Notes: generated from the sequence alone by a model not told the origin. 64,000 nt of DNA from Narcine bancroftii (GCF_036971445.1 NC_091475.1:15624001-15688000); one strand, 5' to 3'. Positions 27,790-42,109 are shown, numbered from the stretch's first letter. Made by a program: numbers and translations.

Positions 27790-28565
27790 ACAATATTCAA
27801 TGTTTGGTGGTATTCAGTTCATGTATGGCTCTGGGGTAAAAACTGTTCTTAAGTCAATGGACCTAAAACATCTACCGGAGGGCAGCAGGTCAAACAGATG
27901 ATGACCAGAGTGGAAAAGGGTCTTTCAGGATTTTGGTTGCTCTACTAAGACAGCGAGAGCTGAATAAATCCTCCAAAGAGGGCAGTGAGCAGCCGATAAT
28001 CTTCCGTGCCTTATTGATGACCTTCTGATGGTCTCTCTTGTCTGCAGCCGAGCAGCTGGCTGAACAGTAGGCCAGCATACTCTCGATGGAGCAGCGATAG
28101 AAGGACACTAGCAGTTTGATTTTCCTGAGAATTCTCAAGGCATGGAGTCGTTGTTGTGCCTTTTTAACTCTTGCGGTGGCCAGAAACCTGAAAGCAGTTT
28201 CCCTTTCCACACAGTCCTTGTTGATATAAAATGAGTCTAGAACTATATTGTTCTTCCTGAGGTCTATAATAAGATCTTTTGCTTTTGAGGAATTCAAGAT
28301 GAGATTCCTCTCTGAACATCACGCTGTCAGTCTTTGGACTTCATCCCTGTAAGATGTCTCGTCTAAGTCCAATCACAGTTGTGTTGTCCACAAACTTGAT
28401 GATGGTATTGGTAGAATACGTGGAGACACAATCGTGGGTATAGAGGGAACAGAGGATGGGGCTCAATACACATCATTGTGGGGACACGAAACTGAGTACA
28501 AGGGGAGAGGAGAGAGAGGAGAGCCAATTTTAACAGTCTGGGACCAGTTCGTTAGAAAATCCAAG
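27790..28565 (-). mobile_element. Rex1/Babar-like LINE fragment
   Basis: NSSKAKDLIIDLRK...VKKAQQRLHALRILRK...SFYRCSIESML, with an RT remnant KFVDNTTV. Related pieces near 3900-4300, 8560-9070, 30680-31230 and 44540-45530. Confidence 0.75.
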
Positions 28566-28799
28566 ATGCCTGCATCAGCAGTTCCTGTTTCTCTGATCGT
28601 TTTGCCTTTGGCTGTTGATCATCTCAGGCAATTTTAGCTTCAAAGAGTCTTTCTACTTAATGAGCAATGCACTTCACTAATCCTGGATCCCTTTTGGGTC
28701 CTTAATTACCTGTTTACTAACAGACATCAAGCAACTCACATAAACTCTAATTGTGAGTGAAGCTGACCCCAGTACTGGGATTGGTTGGAGAGAAATTCC

Positions 28800-29310
28800 A
28801 GTAAAAACACAAAGAAATGCTGGAGGAACTCAGCCGGTTTGGCAGCATCCATAGAGAATAAAGACAGGCCCGAGCCCTTCTTCAAGGTACAAGCAAAGAA
28901 TAAGCAAAAAGCAGGAAATCTCAGGCTAGGGATAGTGCTAGCTGAGGCCAACATAAGGTTAAAACTAGATAGAAGGGTAGAGGTGAGAAGGAGACAAAGG
29001 GATAAAGGGAGAGAGACAGAGCTAAGGCAAGGCGATGAAGGAAGAAGTGGGGGGAGGGGGATGTGGTTTAAATGAAACCCAGAGAAGTCGATGTTAATGC
29101 CAGCTGGTTGGAGGGTGCTCAGTCGGAAGATGAGATGTTGTTCCTCCAATTTGTTGGGCAGGCTCAGTCTGGCAGTGCATGAGACCATGGACGGACACGT
29201 CAGCAAGGGAATGGGATGGGGAATTGAAACGGGTGGCCGCTGGGAGATCCACGCTAGTGCTCAACAGAGCGATCTCCCCGTCTGCGCCAAGTCACTCCGC
29301 TGTAGAGGAG
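28800..29310 (-). mobile_element. Penelope-like element 3' fragment
   Basis: Minus-strand KLEEQHLIFRLSTLQPAGINIDFS (typical PLE ORF C-terminus), followed by the terminal repeat. Confidence 0.8.
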
Positions 29311-32300
29311 AAATTACGGACCTTAATTCTCAATTGTTGAAATTTTCATGGTTTTGGGGAACAAGTTTGTGGTCAGACATCTGTCAGCTGAGCTGATGAT
29401 GGCAGGAATGTTTTTGGACAGGTTCTGCACAATCTTCGGAGCCCAGTTAAGAAATTTTATTTATTGTCATCTGTGCAGAGTTGCAAAATCACCAGAGTGG
29501 AGGAGAAAAAAATTCCAAACAATTATGCTGAGTGGATGCAGTGAAGTCATTTGTTTGCTTTAAATTGTATTCATTCAGTGAAGTCACATGTTCCTATTTG
29601 TCTCAGTGGATTAGTGTCTCTGTATCAATGGTTTAAGAATTGTATTATTTACTACTTTTCTCACATGAATAAATAGGATTCCCCTGGATACTCTGGATCT
29701 GTCCCAGTCAGAAAAATGAATGAGCAGGTTGGTAGATGAACAGGCTGCTGTTAATTTCCCCTTGATTAGTGGATGAGAATGTTGCAAGTATAAAATGGGG
29801 AGAATGTCTCACAACATCCATAGGATATTTGGCCCAAAACATTGGTTACATACATTTACCTCCTATGGATTCTGCAAGACGTCCAGTATGACTGTGTTTT
29901 TAAGCAGAGTATCTGCAGACTTTTTTGTGTTTAAAATAGGGTCAGGTTTTGATTCATGTGAATGGGTAAACATGAACTCAACAGGCCAAAGGGCCTGTTT
30001 CTATTCTGTGCGACTTTGAGTGTACCTGCATCTACTTAGTGAGAAAATTATCCATTTCCTTCCATTTAATTATTTACTTTGAAAGCTGGTTTTGTTAGTA
30101 CTGTACTTTTATCACTGGGACTTCTTTTGATAATGCTCTTCATGAAAAATATATTTTTCTCTTATACGCATTTAAAGTTCATTCTTTCTGAAACACTTTT
30201 CATAATGCTCCAAAGTTATTCAGGGCAGATTGGGTCAATTCTGAACTGCAGTCATTGTTGTAAAGTAGGAAAGTCACAGTGAATACCCAGCAATGTGAAA
30301 ATGGTATGTAATGGTGATATTCACCCTGTTATCTGACATATTGTTGTCTCTGCAGAGTAAAGGTGATTTGTAGAACTGGATGAAGGAGGAGAATGGGTAG
30401 GAACCTGTTGGGGGGGGGGGGGGGGGGGGGGAAAGAGGATTGAAGATTCAGAAGGTATTGGGGGATAAACAGATGGAGAGGGAAATGACAATAGGTGACA
30501 GGTTGAGAAAATGCAGAAGGAAAGCAAGAAGAACAGGGAGTGTGGATTATCCAACATTGGAAAATTCAGCATTCATTCTCCTGGCTTTTAGATTTACTCA
30601 GATGGAATTCAAGATGCTGTTCTTGTTTCCCTTCGACATCCTCAGCAGTGGATAATGATAACAAATATATTCTACAGAATCAAAATTTATTGTTGTGAAA
30701 TTCGGTGTTTTATGGCAGCATCTTAGTGCAAACATTCATTTTATAACCAAATAAAAAAATTTAAATAGCAGTGCATGAAAAGTGAGGCAGTGTCTTTGCT
30801 TCATTGATTATTCAGGAATCTGATGTCAGTGGGGAAGAACTGTCCTTATGCCATTGCGTGGTCATCTTTAGGCTCCTGTACCCTTTTCCCAATGGTAGCA
30901 AAGTGAAGAGGGCGTGGGCTAGGTGGTGGGGCTCTTTACGACACCACCTCATGTAGATATCCACGATGGAATGAAGTCTGATGCCTGTGATGTCTCATGC
31001 CAATTTAACAACCCTCTGGAGTTTATTCCTGTCCTGAGAGTTGGCGCCTCCATACAACCAGCCAGAATGCTCTCCACGGTACACCTATAGAGGTTTTCGA
31101 GAGTCTTCAGTGACACTCACAAAGTATAGGTGCTAGCAAACCTTCTTTGTAATTGCATCAACATGGAGACTCCAGGACAGATCCTCGGAGATGCCGACAC
31201 CCAGAAATTTGCAGTTCTTGACCCTCTCCACTACATATATTTAATAATAATAATACATTTTTACAAACACACATATACAAATGTCAAGCAATTCAATACA
31301 TATTTTTAAATATATGCAACTCATAATCTAAATTTGATACCCAGCAACAAAAAAAATACAATAAATTAATTAGTAAAGAAAATAGTCCAATTGGACTGCT
31401 GGTCAGGGAATGTTGTTTCTTCATTAAGAAGTGGTTAGAGTAGTGGTTGGCGCAACGCTATTACAGCGCCAGCAACCAGAGATCAAATTTGGTGCTGTGT
31501 CTATAAGGAGTTTGTACATTCTCCCATATATGCAAGGGTTTCCTCCGCGTTCTTCGGTTTCCTCCCACCCTTCAAAGCATACAGGGGTCATAGGTTGATT
31601 GGGGTATTGGGCAGCTTGGACTTGTGGACTGGAAGGGCCTGTTACTGTGGTCTATGTCTAAATATGTGGAAAATTTCACATTTAGAAACCGAGGGAATGA
31701 TCCTAATGCTGGGAAAAGATCATGGAATCCTTTCTTGAAGACAGAGTAACAAATAATTTTAAAAAATCAAATATAAAAATAGTTACCACAATTTACAGAT
31801 GGTCACACTTGGCCAACTTTTCAATAATATGGAAAGCAGAAGAAAATATTTGCTGAGAGGAATGTTTTGGACACAAGAAACTTGCCTCCTTCCCCCCCCC
31901 CACCACCCACTAAAATCTTTGACAATGGATCACAGCAGGAAATCAAAGAGTAAATAGCTGAAAAATAATCAGTCAAACAGGAAAGGTACAAAAGATCACT
32001 GCACAACCTTTGACTCTGCAATGAGAAAACAAGAGAATTGGAGGCAATACAAAGGGTATAGAAGAAATACTGAGCTCAACAAAGAGCAATGAAAATGTGA
32101 GTGAGAGATGCTGAAACTAAGTCTGAATAAGCATTTCTTCCTCAAATATGTCTGTCCTCCTGTTTGGGATTGAGAATGGAGCATTCACCAACAAAAGTGC
32201 AATTACAATCATGTTCAAACACTAATCAAAATATAAATAAGACTTCTGAAAAACACAAGCCAGATGTCCTTCATTAATAACTTTGAATACACAGTTCATA

Positions 32301-33479
32301 CATTTTACAGGAAGTGGAAATTTAAATTGTATAGAGTAAATTTTCTATACAACTGCAATGAAAGTATATTACAATTTTGCTTTTCACTTGTGCGTGTACC
32401 AAATTTAATGCAGACTTAGTAACAAAAAGTCATGCTTGGATTCGAGACATTGGAGTAAACTAATACAATCTGTCCAAGCAGAGTCAGTCTCAATCTGCAT
32501 TATTTTTAGATTTCAAAAGTAATTTAAGTGACAATTCACTTCACACAGATTATTCTTTAGTTAAAATTCAAAAAGACTTGCACTGCGAGATGAGTAAACT
32601 TGCGGAGTCAACTAAACACTTGTTTGGTTAAAAAAAAAACCCCACCAAATTTGCTGAAAGCATCACTTCCCCAAATGGAAGTAATTACGTCGCTCCTCTC
32701 GAAACACAAAATATTCCCAACCCAAAAAAGTCACTTTAATGTAAAGCATGGATTTTAAAGGAATTCAAATGTTTGGGGTAGAGCTATTCAGTGAGAGATC
32801 AAATAAAAATTGCACGTCGATTAATTTTAAATGTTACACTTAATATGACAAATTCCAAATTAAGGATGTAAAACCACAACCAAGGACTGGAATATCCACA
32901 ATTGAGATTTCAGAAAAAAAAAGATGAACATCTTAAAATAGAGAATTCAATTTTGCTCCAAGCTTAATTCGTTTCGGAAGCAAAAGATGACATCCACAAT
33001 GCTTTAAGAAAAATATAACCAAAATTGAAATAGAATGAAAACGTTCAATTAGTTCAAACTTTTAAAGGCTAATTACATACTTGCTGCAGCAAATGAATAC
33101 AAATGTATCCTTTCACCCGAGGAGGCCACAGAATTTTATACAAAGGTATATAAAATCACATGGGGCATAGATAAAGAACATAGTGATCACCTTCCCCCCA
33201 CCCCCCTGAAAACCAGACGGGCATTGATTTCAGGTGAGAGTGGAAAGGCAGAGAAGGGGCATTTTTTTTTAAATATCCAAAGTAGCAAATGTTCCAATGA
33301 CATTTAGACAGATACGTGGATAGGAATGTTAAGAGGGTTAGGGGCCTAAAGCGGTCGAAATGAGCTAGCTTGGGTGAATAACTGGTGGACATGCACAATT
33401 TGAAACAGCTCATCATTCCTGCATGTATCGCTTTAATGCGCGAATGTCAATTACGTGAACAATGTTATTTCAGCATGGA

Positions 33480-34730
33480 TCTCGGACGACAGCTCAAACT
33501 GTTTGCTAATGCCTTAGGAATTATCCAATAAGTGCTGTGTAAAGTCGGTCATGGCAACGCCGCCTTAAATATTAAACACTGAACGCCTACAATTCGACAA
33601 GAGATTTCGTTTTAAACCTCGTCCAAAAGAGAATGGGCAAGGAATTAAAAACGTAGAGCGATGGGAAACAACTACTCACCAGATCCACAGTGACAACCAC
33701 GGAGGGGTGGGCGTATGGGGACGGACAGGATGATATACTGTCTCCCCGTTTGGGAAGCGTCCAGAGGGAGAGGACAGGGAGGAACCTTACGTCACTAGTG
33801 CAACATTTTGTATCAACGTTCTAATGGAACGCTCCATTCCCGCTTCGAGGGGGTGCCCGCGATGTCAGTGTCACCAGAAGTCTGAAAGGTGGGGGGGGGG
33901 GGGGAGAGAAAGAGAGGAGGGAGGGGGCTTCACTACCACCGCCACTCGGAATTTCCATCAGACCTCATTCAAAGCCGAAGATGCCGCAGTTGAACGCCAA
34001 TTGAACAGGGTGGCTCCCAGTTCCCGCGGATGTGGTAGCGTCCAATGCCAAGCGGAGGGACTCGCGTTGACAAATCCGCCCAGGATTGAACATACAAAAC
34101 TAATCTGGGGGGAGGGAGATCTGGTTTGGAGCAGATTTCTCTCTGTTGCCCTAAAGAAGTTTTGTAAGCTCACAAACATCGCCACAGCCGTTCAGACCTT
34201 CCCGTTGCTTTGGATTAATTGTGCAATAAAACAAAATGTTGGAAACATTCAATCTGATGATCTCAGAGGAGCAAGTGGGATAAAATAAATGGCCAGAGCC
34301 ATCCTGTCCCCTCCACCCCTTTTGTTTTAACTTTCCTCTAAAGAGTTTCGGCTTGGAACTGCACCCATTTCTTTTCTCCCACCGATTCGGCTTAAGCCGC
34401 TGGTTTCCACCCGAGTGTTTGACTTCAGCGTCTGTGATCAAGATGCCTTTATTGCCACGAAGCTGGAGAATGGCAGGAAGAGGCGCCATTGGCCATCCTC
34501 AGCATCCCTCAACAGGGAAGGGACGCCCCTTCAGTCACTGAGCGGCCTTGGATTCGCCTCCATCGCTCCCGCGGCTTCTGTCGCCGATCCATCGGGAACC
34601 TGAGCTCCCAACGTGATCCGGCAGCTTCTCCTTGACACCGGAGGTGGGGCTTCCGCTGCCCTGCGCAGGTCCGCTGTAGTAAACAACCTCTTATCGTCCA
34701 CCACCATGTGTTAGGCGCCGCCATCTGGGG
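33480..34730 (-). promoter_or_regulatory. DOP1B: CpG-rich probable DOP1B promoter and non-coding first exon (donor after 33680)
   Basis: Locally raised CpG density. Strong minus-strand donor CTG|GTGAGT at 33680/33679, CRE-like TTACGTCA near 33788, YY1-like GCCGCCAT near 34717. The TSS cannot be fixed from sequence alone. Confidence 0.6.
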
Positions 34731-34778
34731 GTTTTAAAAAAATCGTCTCCTTTTACAGAGTGTAAAATTGGAAGAGCC

Positions 34779-35621
34779 ACACCTTGCCTCTTATGTCCCT
34801 CTTAAATCTTTCCTATCTTGTCTAGAATTGTTGACCTTGAGTAAAAAGACTGAGCATTCACTTCGTCTGTGCCCCTCATGATTTTATAAACCTCTTGAAG
34901 ATCACTCCTCAGCTTGAAGGAGTAAAGACCCAGCCTATCCATCCACCCATAACTCAATCCCTCCAGTACCAGCAAAAAGAGAGATTTCAAGATCACTCCT
35001 CAGCTTGAAGGAGTAAAGACCCAGCCTGTCCATCCACCCATAACTCAACCCCTCCAGTACCAGCAAGAGAGATTTCAAGATCACTCCTCAGCTTGAAGGA
35101 GTAAAGACCCAGCCTGTCCATCCACCCATAACTCAACCCCTCCAGTACCAGCAAAAAGAGAGATTTCAAGATCACTCCTCAGCTTGAAGGAGTAAAGACC
35201 CAGCCTATCCATCCACCCATAACTCAACCCCTCGAGTACCAGCAAAAAGAGAGATTTCAAGATCACTCCTCAGCTTGAAGGAGTAAAGACCCAGCCTATC
35301 CATCCACCCATAACTCAACCCCTCGAGTACCAGCAAAAAGAGAGATTTCAAGATCACTCCTCAGCTTGAAGGAGTAAAGACCCAGCCCCATAACTCAACC
35401 CCTCAAGTACCAGCAAAAAGAGATTTTGCTGGTACTGGAGGGGTTGAGTTATGGGTGGATGGATAGGCTGGGTCTTTACTCCTTCAAGCTGAGGAGTGAT
35501 CTTCAAGAGGTTTATAAAATCATGAGGGGCACATACCAAGTGAATGCTCAGTCTTTTTCTCAAGGTCAACAATTCTAGACAAGATAGGAAAGATTTAAGA
35601 GGGACATAAGAGGCAAAGTGT
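34779..35621. repeat. Inverted duplication of a CR1 3' fragment enclosing a ~91-bp tandem array (6 units)
   Basis: About 34779-34976 is the reverse complement of about 35424-35621. Units beginning GATCACTCCTCAGCTTGAAGG start at 34900, 34991, 35079, 35170, 35261 and 35352. Confidence 0.93.
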
Positions 35622-36879
35622 CACTCAGAGGTCAGACGTCTCTGGAATGAAAGTACCAGAGGAAATTGTAGAAGCGGCCAAAATGACTTTCAAGTGTACC
35701 TTGCTGGCCTATCCAGCCAATTCACATTCCATATCATTGTACTTACCCCGTCTTAAAGTCCTGAACCCGAGTCTCTGAATTAATAATGCCACTTTCCAGC
35801 AAATTCCCTCATTTTAGGGGCAACACACAAGGTTACCAATTTATCCTGCTTCATTGCATCACACCCATTCTAAGATTGCCAGTCCTCTCATTGGTTCCGC
35901 AACATATTGCTCAAGCAAATGTCCCTCCATGGTATTGCTAAGTTTGGTTGTCCCAATGTACATACATATTAAAGTCACCAATAATAACGGCTGTATCTTT
36001 ATTGCATGTTTCCTTATTTGTTGCTTGATGTCAACCTCAATCTCACTACTACTGTTTGGTGACCTATACATGACCCCCACTGTTATCCGCTCTCTGAGTT
36101 CCACAACTCGACCCATGCAGTTCCATCTCAAATAAGCCAATGCACTTCCTTAGAATTGGGTCAACTTCCTCCTTAATGAGCAATGCTAATCTACCACCTT
36201 TACCTTTCTATCATGATTTGAACAGTGGAACAGTGAATAAACAGACACAAATAGCTCTTAAAGTCTAAATCAAGGGAGGGCAACCGATGGCCTATGGGCC
36301 AGATCTGGCCTGCGATCCAAATGCATCAACAGCTCCATGTGCGTCTCTCCCGCTCTCTGCACGTTGGACACTCTCCCTGCCCTGTTGTTGACACACCCCC
36401 TCACCTTCTGCACTAAAGATCCCTCCACTGCACAAGACTCCCCCCCCCCACTATCTGTGCATAAATCCTTCTCTGTCACTTCCTCGCTTTGGATGTGACT
36501 CATTCTCTCTCTGCGTGAGAGCCCCCTCTCTTTATGTGAGGCTCACCTTCTCTTCCTGTGACATTCTCTTCCTCTCCCCCCCCCCCCCCTCCTCTCCCCA
36601 CTGCCATCTGTTTTGGGGTTATTTTCTTTCCTTTTTGCCTTTTAGGTTTTTTTAAAAAATGCGTCACGTTAATGAAGATACCTTCCCTGACCTGAAATGT
36701 ATCATTGAATGTATAAATAAATGGAATGAATGCAATGTATCTATTTATTTATTTCACTTATGGTAGAATCAATTGGCCCGCCGTTCAACCACTGATACAC
36801 CATCTGGCCCATGCATGGTAAAAGGCTATCTGCCCCTGGTCTAAATGTTGAGAATCCTTGAATATTACATTCCAGTCCA

Positions 36880-37875
36880 GATCTTCCAAAATGTCTAACT
36901 TCTTCCACAAATGTGGCTTCCCCTCCATCACCATCAACTCAGTCCTCACCCCCCACCCACATCTCCTCCATTCCTTGCTCATACACCCTGGCTCCCTCTG
37001 CCCCTAGATGCAACATAGAATCCTCCTTATTCTCACCTACCACACCACCAGCCTCCAAATCCAACACATTATCCTGCAAAATTTCTGACACTTACGACAG
37101 GATCCCTCCACCAGACAGATCCTCCCCTCTGCCTTCCATAGGAACCGCTCTTTCGAGCCTCCCTCATGCACTCATCCTCCCCACACCAACTGCAACCCCC
37201 CTGGCACTTTCCCTTGTGGCTGTAGGAGGTGCCACACTTGTGCCCACACCTCCTCCTTCACCACGGTCTAGGGCTTGCAGAATTCACGTGTATTCACAGG
37301 ATTAAATTACTTCATCTGGTGCCTCCTTTATGGCATTCTCTACATTGGAGAGATTGGGCAAAGATTAGGAGACACAGTATGTTCTATCCACACTAGTGAT
37401 GGAGACCTCCCAGTAGCCATTTCAGTTCTGTGTCACATTCTCATACTCACATGTCTGTCCATGACCTTACGTACCATCCCACCATGACCACCCATAAATT
37501 GGAGGAACACCACCTGATTTTCCACCTGGACACTCTCCAGCCAGATAGCATTAACATCAACTTTATCGGCTTCTTCTAACCTGCTCTCTTCTTCTCCCTC
37601 CCCCCCTTCCCTTCCCCTTTCCAGTTCTCCTCACACCCTTCCCTATTTACCCAGCCATTCCTCCTCCCCTTGATTGCTGTGGTCCCCTCCCTCTCTTGTC
37701 CATCTTTCACCTCCTACCTTTGCAACCACATCTCCCCTTCCCTTTTTGTTCAGACATCTTCCAACACTTTTCCATACCTTGATGAAGGGCTCAAGCCCGA
37801 AATGTTGGATATGAATTTTTACCTTTACTATATAAAGGACACTGCTTGACCAGCTGAGTTTCTACAGCATTGTTT
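36880..37875 (+). mobile_element. Penelope-like element 3' part (GIY-YIG remnant plus terminal repeat)
   Basis: YFIWCLLYGILYIGEIGQRLGD resembles a GIY-YIG endonuclease. It is followed by a pyrimidine tract and the TTGATGAAGGGCTCAAGCCCGAAA...CTGAGTTTCTACAGCA terminal repeat. Confidence 0.82.
37773..37813 (+). ncRNA. Putative minimal hammerhead-ribozyme-like motif
   Basis: CATACC-TTGATGA-A-GGGC(TCAA)GCCC-GAAATGTT-GGATATG, directly downstream of the GIY-YIG remnant. Confidence 0.48.
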
Positions 37876-38109
37876 TCACTGGTCACACTGATGCAATGTC
37901 TCAGTAATCCCACTTTTGATGCCCAAGTTGCTCTTCCACTGTCAATGGAAATTCAGTGTTAAGTGATATTTGAAAAAAATTCTTGCACCTGATCATGAAA
38001 CAAGTCACAATTCAGCCCAAGTTTTTAATCAAAATTGTTCCTATTCAGTTGCATTTAATTTCTCCATTTCCTAACTTGAGTAAATTCAAAGCAAAATCTC
38101 TCGCAGATA

Positions 38110-38625
38110 GATTGGCTGTACCTAACCACAGGAAAGATATCAATAAGGTAGAAAGTGTGCAGAGAAGATTTACTAGGATGCTGCCCAACCTCAGAAACTG
38201 AGTTACAGGAAAAGGTTAATTAGGTTATGACTTTATTCCCTGGAGCATAAAAGAATGAGGGGAGATTTAATAGAAGTATTTAAAATTATGAAGGGTATAG
38301 ACAGAGTAAATGCAAGAAGGCTTTTTTCCACTGAGGGTTGGTGAGATACAAACCAAAGAACATGGGTTAAGAGTGAAAGGGGAAAAGTTTAGGGGGAAAC
38401 TTCTTCAGAGAGGTGGGAGTGTGGAAGGGGCTGCCATCTGAAGTGGTGAATGCAGGCTCAATTTTAAACATTTAAGAAGAATTTGGACAGGTGCATGGAT
38501 GGTAGAGGTATGGAGGGCTATGGACTGGGTGCAGGTCAGTGGGATGAGGCAAAAAAAAATGGCTTGGCACAGATGAGAAGTGCAAAAGGAGCATGTTTCT
38601 GTGCTGTAATGTTCTATAGTTCTAA
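38110..38625 (+). mobile_element. CR1 LINE 3' fragment
   Basis: RKDINKVESVQRRFTRMLP and a CR1-type 3' tail. Similar fragments near 6455-6670, 7135-7375, 18080-18340, 33120-33420, 39860-40190 and 46215-46690. Confidence 0.88.
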
Positions 38626-38679
38626 ATGTACTCACATATTGGTCTTCATATGAAATCATTTAACATTTTTAGTGTATAT

Positions 38680-39735
38680 AAATGATTTGAACGACTAGGG
38701 TATCCATGGAGAGGTTGTGAAATTGATTCAAATTGGCTGTGTGGGAGAAAACAGAAGTGATAGTGTATGGTTGCTTCTCAGACTGGAGGCCTGTGACTGG
38801 GGGTGTGCCTCAGGGATCTGTGTTGGGACCATTGTTTGTTGTTTATATCAATGATCTGGATGATAATGTGGTAAACTGGATCAGCAAGTTTGCTGATGGC
38901 ACAAAGATAGGATGTGTTGTGTTCAGCAAGGAAGATTTTCGAAGCTTGCAGAGGGATCTGAACCAACTGGAAGAATAGGCCACAAAAAAAAATGGCAGAT
39001 GGAGTTTAGTGCAAACAAGTGTGAGGTGATGCATTTTGGAAGGGCAAACCAAGGTAGGACATACATAGTAAATGGTATGGTAGAGATCTGGGAATACAGA
39101 TACATTGTTCTACGAAGGTGGTGTCGCAGATGAACAGGATTGTAAAGAAAGCTTTCGGCATCTTAGCCTTTATAAATCAAACCATTGAGTATAGGAATTG
39201 GGATGTTATGTTGAAGTTATTTAAGACAATGGTGAGGCCAAATTTGGAATATTGTGTGCAGTTCTGGTCACATAACTACAAGTATATCAACAAGATTGAA
39301 AGAGTGCAGAGATTTACTTGGATGTTTCAGAATCTTCAGGACTGGAGTTAAACAGATTAGGACTTTATTCCTTGAAGTGAAGAAGAATGAGGGGAGATTT
39401 GATTTACAAGATTACGAGAGGTATAGACAGAGTACGCTTTTTCCACTTAGATTGGGGGAGATAAATATGAGAGGTTATAGTTTTAAGATGAAAGGGGAAA
39501 GATTTAAGGGCAACATTAGGGGAAAGTTCTTCACAGAGAATTGGGAGTGTGGAATGAGCTGCCATCTAATGTGGTGAATGCAAGCTTGATCTTAAATTTT
39601 ACAAATAAATTGAATAGATACATGGATGGGAGAGATCTGGAAGAATATGGAATGGGAGCAGGTCAACAGGGCTTGTGTAATGATTGGCACAAACTAGGGC
39701 TGAATGGCCTGTTTTCTGTGCTGTAGAATTCTATG
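38680..39735 (+). mobile_element. CR1 LINE 3' part (RT)
   Basis: GVPQGSVLGPLFVVYINDLD..ISKFADGTK and VRPNLEYCVQFWS. Tail ...CTGTGCTGTAGAATTCTATG. Confidence 0.92.
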
Positions 39736-40895
39736 GTTTTGTCTTTGAACTCGAAACAAAAGATTAACAAGGAATTTATTTTTTCCATTCTACTGAAACC
39801 ATCCAAACAAAAAATTCCTTGATTATCAAAAAAATGAAAAAGGTCACAAAATTGAGAGAGGATCCTTTTTTGAGGTCTAAAAACTCGTGATGGGCATAGA
39901 TAAGATGACTAATGACAGTCTGTTTCCTGAAGTGGGAGAATCTAAAGCAAGAGGACATAACTATAAAGGTGTGGAAGGGATGTGATTTAGAAGGGACTTG
40001 AGCGAACATTTATTCATTGAGAAGGTGATGGGCACATGAAACAAGCTTCCAAAGTGACAGTGCCAGGTATGTTAGCTTCCCTTATGAAACAATTGTATAA
40101 TTATGTGGATGGGAGGGGCTTGGAGGGGTGCAGAACTAAAACATTGTTCAGCATGGACAAGCTGGACCTTTGTCTATGTTGCATGACCATGATATTGCAA
40201 ACAGACAGTAATATTCTTACTTGCCGTAGTTGACTAACTGATCTAGTGCCATTTGACAAAATGCCATTCTCTTTTCCCATTCTTATCCATGTACCTGTCT
40301 AAATGAGGAAAAGATGAACATCTGATAGGACATGCCGTTCAGGAGCCTAATCCCCAAGGGCAGGAAACGGTCACAAACACAACTGGGTTGTTGATACCAC
40401 AGGGTCAGGTTGGAGGAGCAGAAAAATGGGAGAGAGGCAGAGAAAAGACGCAATTAAAACTAAAATTAGTTAAAATAATGAGAATTTATTTTCATATACG
40501 CAAGTACAATGTATGGAAAAAAGTTTTAAGCAATAAGGAAAATCACAACTAAAATTAGAGCAGAATTTCATCATGGTATCCTGTGTCACATACTAAATCA
40601 ATGACCTAATTTTCTGCTGCTATTTTGGGACCCTAATGTGAATACAAACCAACTCACATCTGCACGAATGGCACAATGTTCATGAGAGAACCATGACATC
40701 AATCCACAAAACGTATTCCTCTGCTGCCCTGCTTTTCTTGTCACTTAAAGGATGAAATTATTAATTTTTTTCTGAACAAATTTAAGGTTAATAAATTCAC
40801 TGAATAAGCAAAGTATCTGCAAGAATTATGGATGATATTTGAAACGGGGAAATCATCAATTTTTACCAAGTGCCTTTTATCGAATCCTGCAGTTT

Positions 40896-41332
40896 TTACC
40901 ATTCCTGAACAGTTTTATTGGTTACATACTTTCCCTGTGGGGCTTCTGCACCTGCTGCAAGAAGGGCTAAATAAACTGGGGTCACAGCACCTTCTTCTGC
41001 AGTGCCAGGGGCATTGGGACCTGCCATATCGGTTTTCACCCAACCAGGACAACAAGCATTCAAGAGGATCTTGTCAGCTGGCCTCTCTTTATTCAGCTTT
41101 CGGGCAAGGATCATTGAGAGGACTGTAACACCCAACTTTGTCACCCCATAAGCATGAGAAGGCCACCCTTTTTCAGGGTGTACCCCATTTTTAGCATCTT
41201 CAACAAACTTTTTCATCAGTTCTACCAGTTCTTCCTCTGTGATCGTAGAACTGCGGAATTTCTCTTGGAGTTCAGAGCTGCAATTCTTCAGTGCTCTAGC
41301 GCCACACATGCTGGATACATTCACCACTCTCC
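40896..41332 (-). CDS. CBR1: Carbonyl reductase 1-like, copy A, exon 2
   Basis: GRVVNVSS...AYGVTK (catalytic S and YxxxK)...NACCPGWVKTDMAG...VQEW*. 437 nt including stop. Joined CDS is 831 nt, 276 aa, intact. Confidence 0.96.
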
Positions 41333-42109
41333 CTGCAGATTTTACAGAAAATGTTAAGTGGTTAATAAAGGACACAAAACAAAACACTGAACAGTTTTCT
41401 CCTTCATTAATTATATCCTCTTTGTGAAAACTTTCTCATAGGAAGAAATCGTTTCAAGTTTGAGCAGGAAAACTGTGAAATCAACAGCAATTTATTTTGC
41501 ATTAAGATCACATCTCTGATGCTAGAGAAAGAGCTAATCAGCTTCATTCCATTTTCCTGCTCTACAAATGCAGATCATGGTTTTGCAAAGGACACATCTT
41601 TGTATTGCTCAAGTACCGAGTGTCTGCTTCTGCCAAACTTTCAAGCGAAGGGTTCAATGAAAAAAAAATTCTTTATGTTCCCTCTAATTCTTCTACAAAC
41701 AAATCAGTTTACAGTAAGCAGATTACTGAGCAAAATCACAAACAAAAAAGGGTGTAAAATCTAAAATGCAATTATTTCTACCTTTAATATACAAGAATCA
41801 TTATCCACAACTCTCTTGTGCAGACTATTTAAAGATGTATCACACTGCAAGAGAATAAATTCAATTTCATTTCACACAAATGGTGAATTCCTATTATACT
41901 TCCTTGTCCGCATAATCAACCATGGCAATAGCCTCAGAATCAACAATAACATAACTTCCAAAAGTATAGGCTCAATTTACTGAAGCCGTTAGAACTGCTG
42001 CCACACAAATCCTGCTGAGTTATTCACCAACAGTTCCTTATTCATGTCAATCACAATCAAATCATTCCTTGAACCTGTGATCTTGCACACATCAGGCATC
42101 ACACTTCAT

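Noticed and set aside
34509-34724. ORF MAAPNT... with a strong start context
   Set aside because: No recognisable homology. AGATGGCGGC is equally a YY1-type promoter motif or a repeat end.
34900-35425. Regularly spaced repeats resembling a CRISPR array
   Set aside because: There are no unique spacers, the units are contiguous CR1-derived copies, and the context is eukaryotic with no cas genes.
41333-41365. CTTAAC near the CBR-A acceptor suggesting a U12 intron
   Set aside because: The donor is GTGAGC (U2 type), not GTATCCT.
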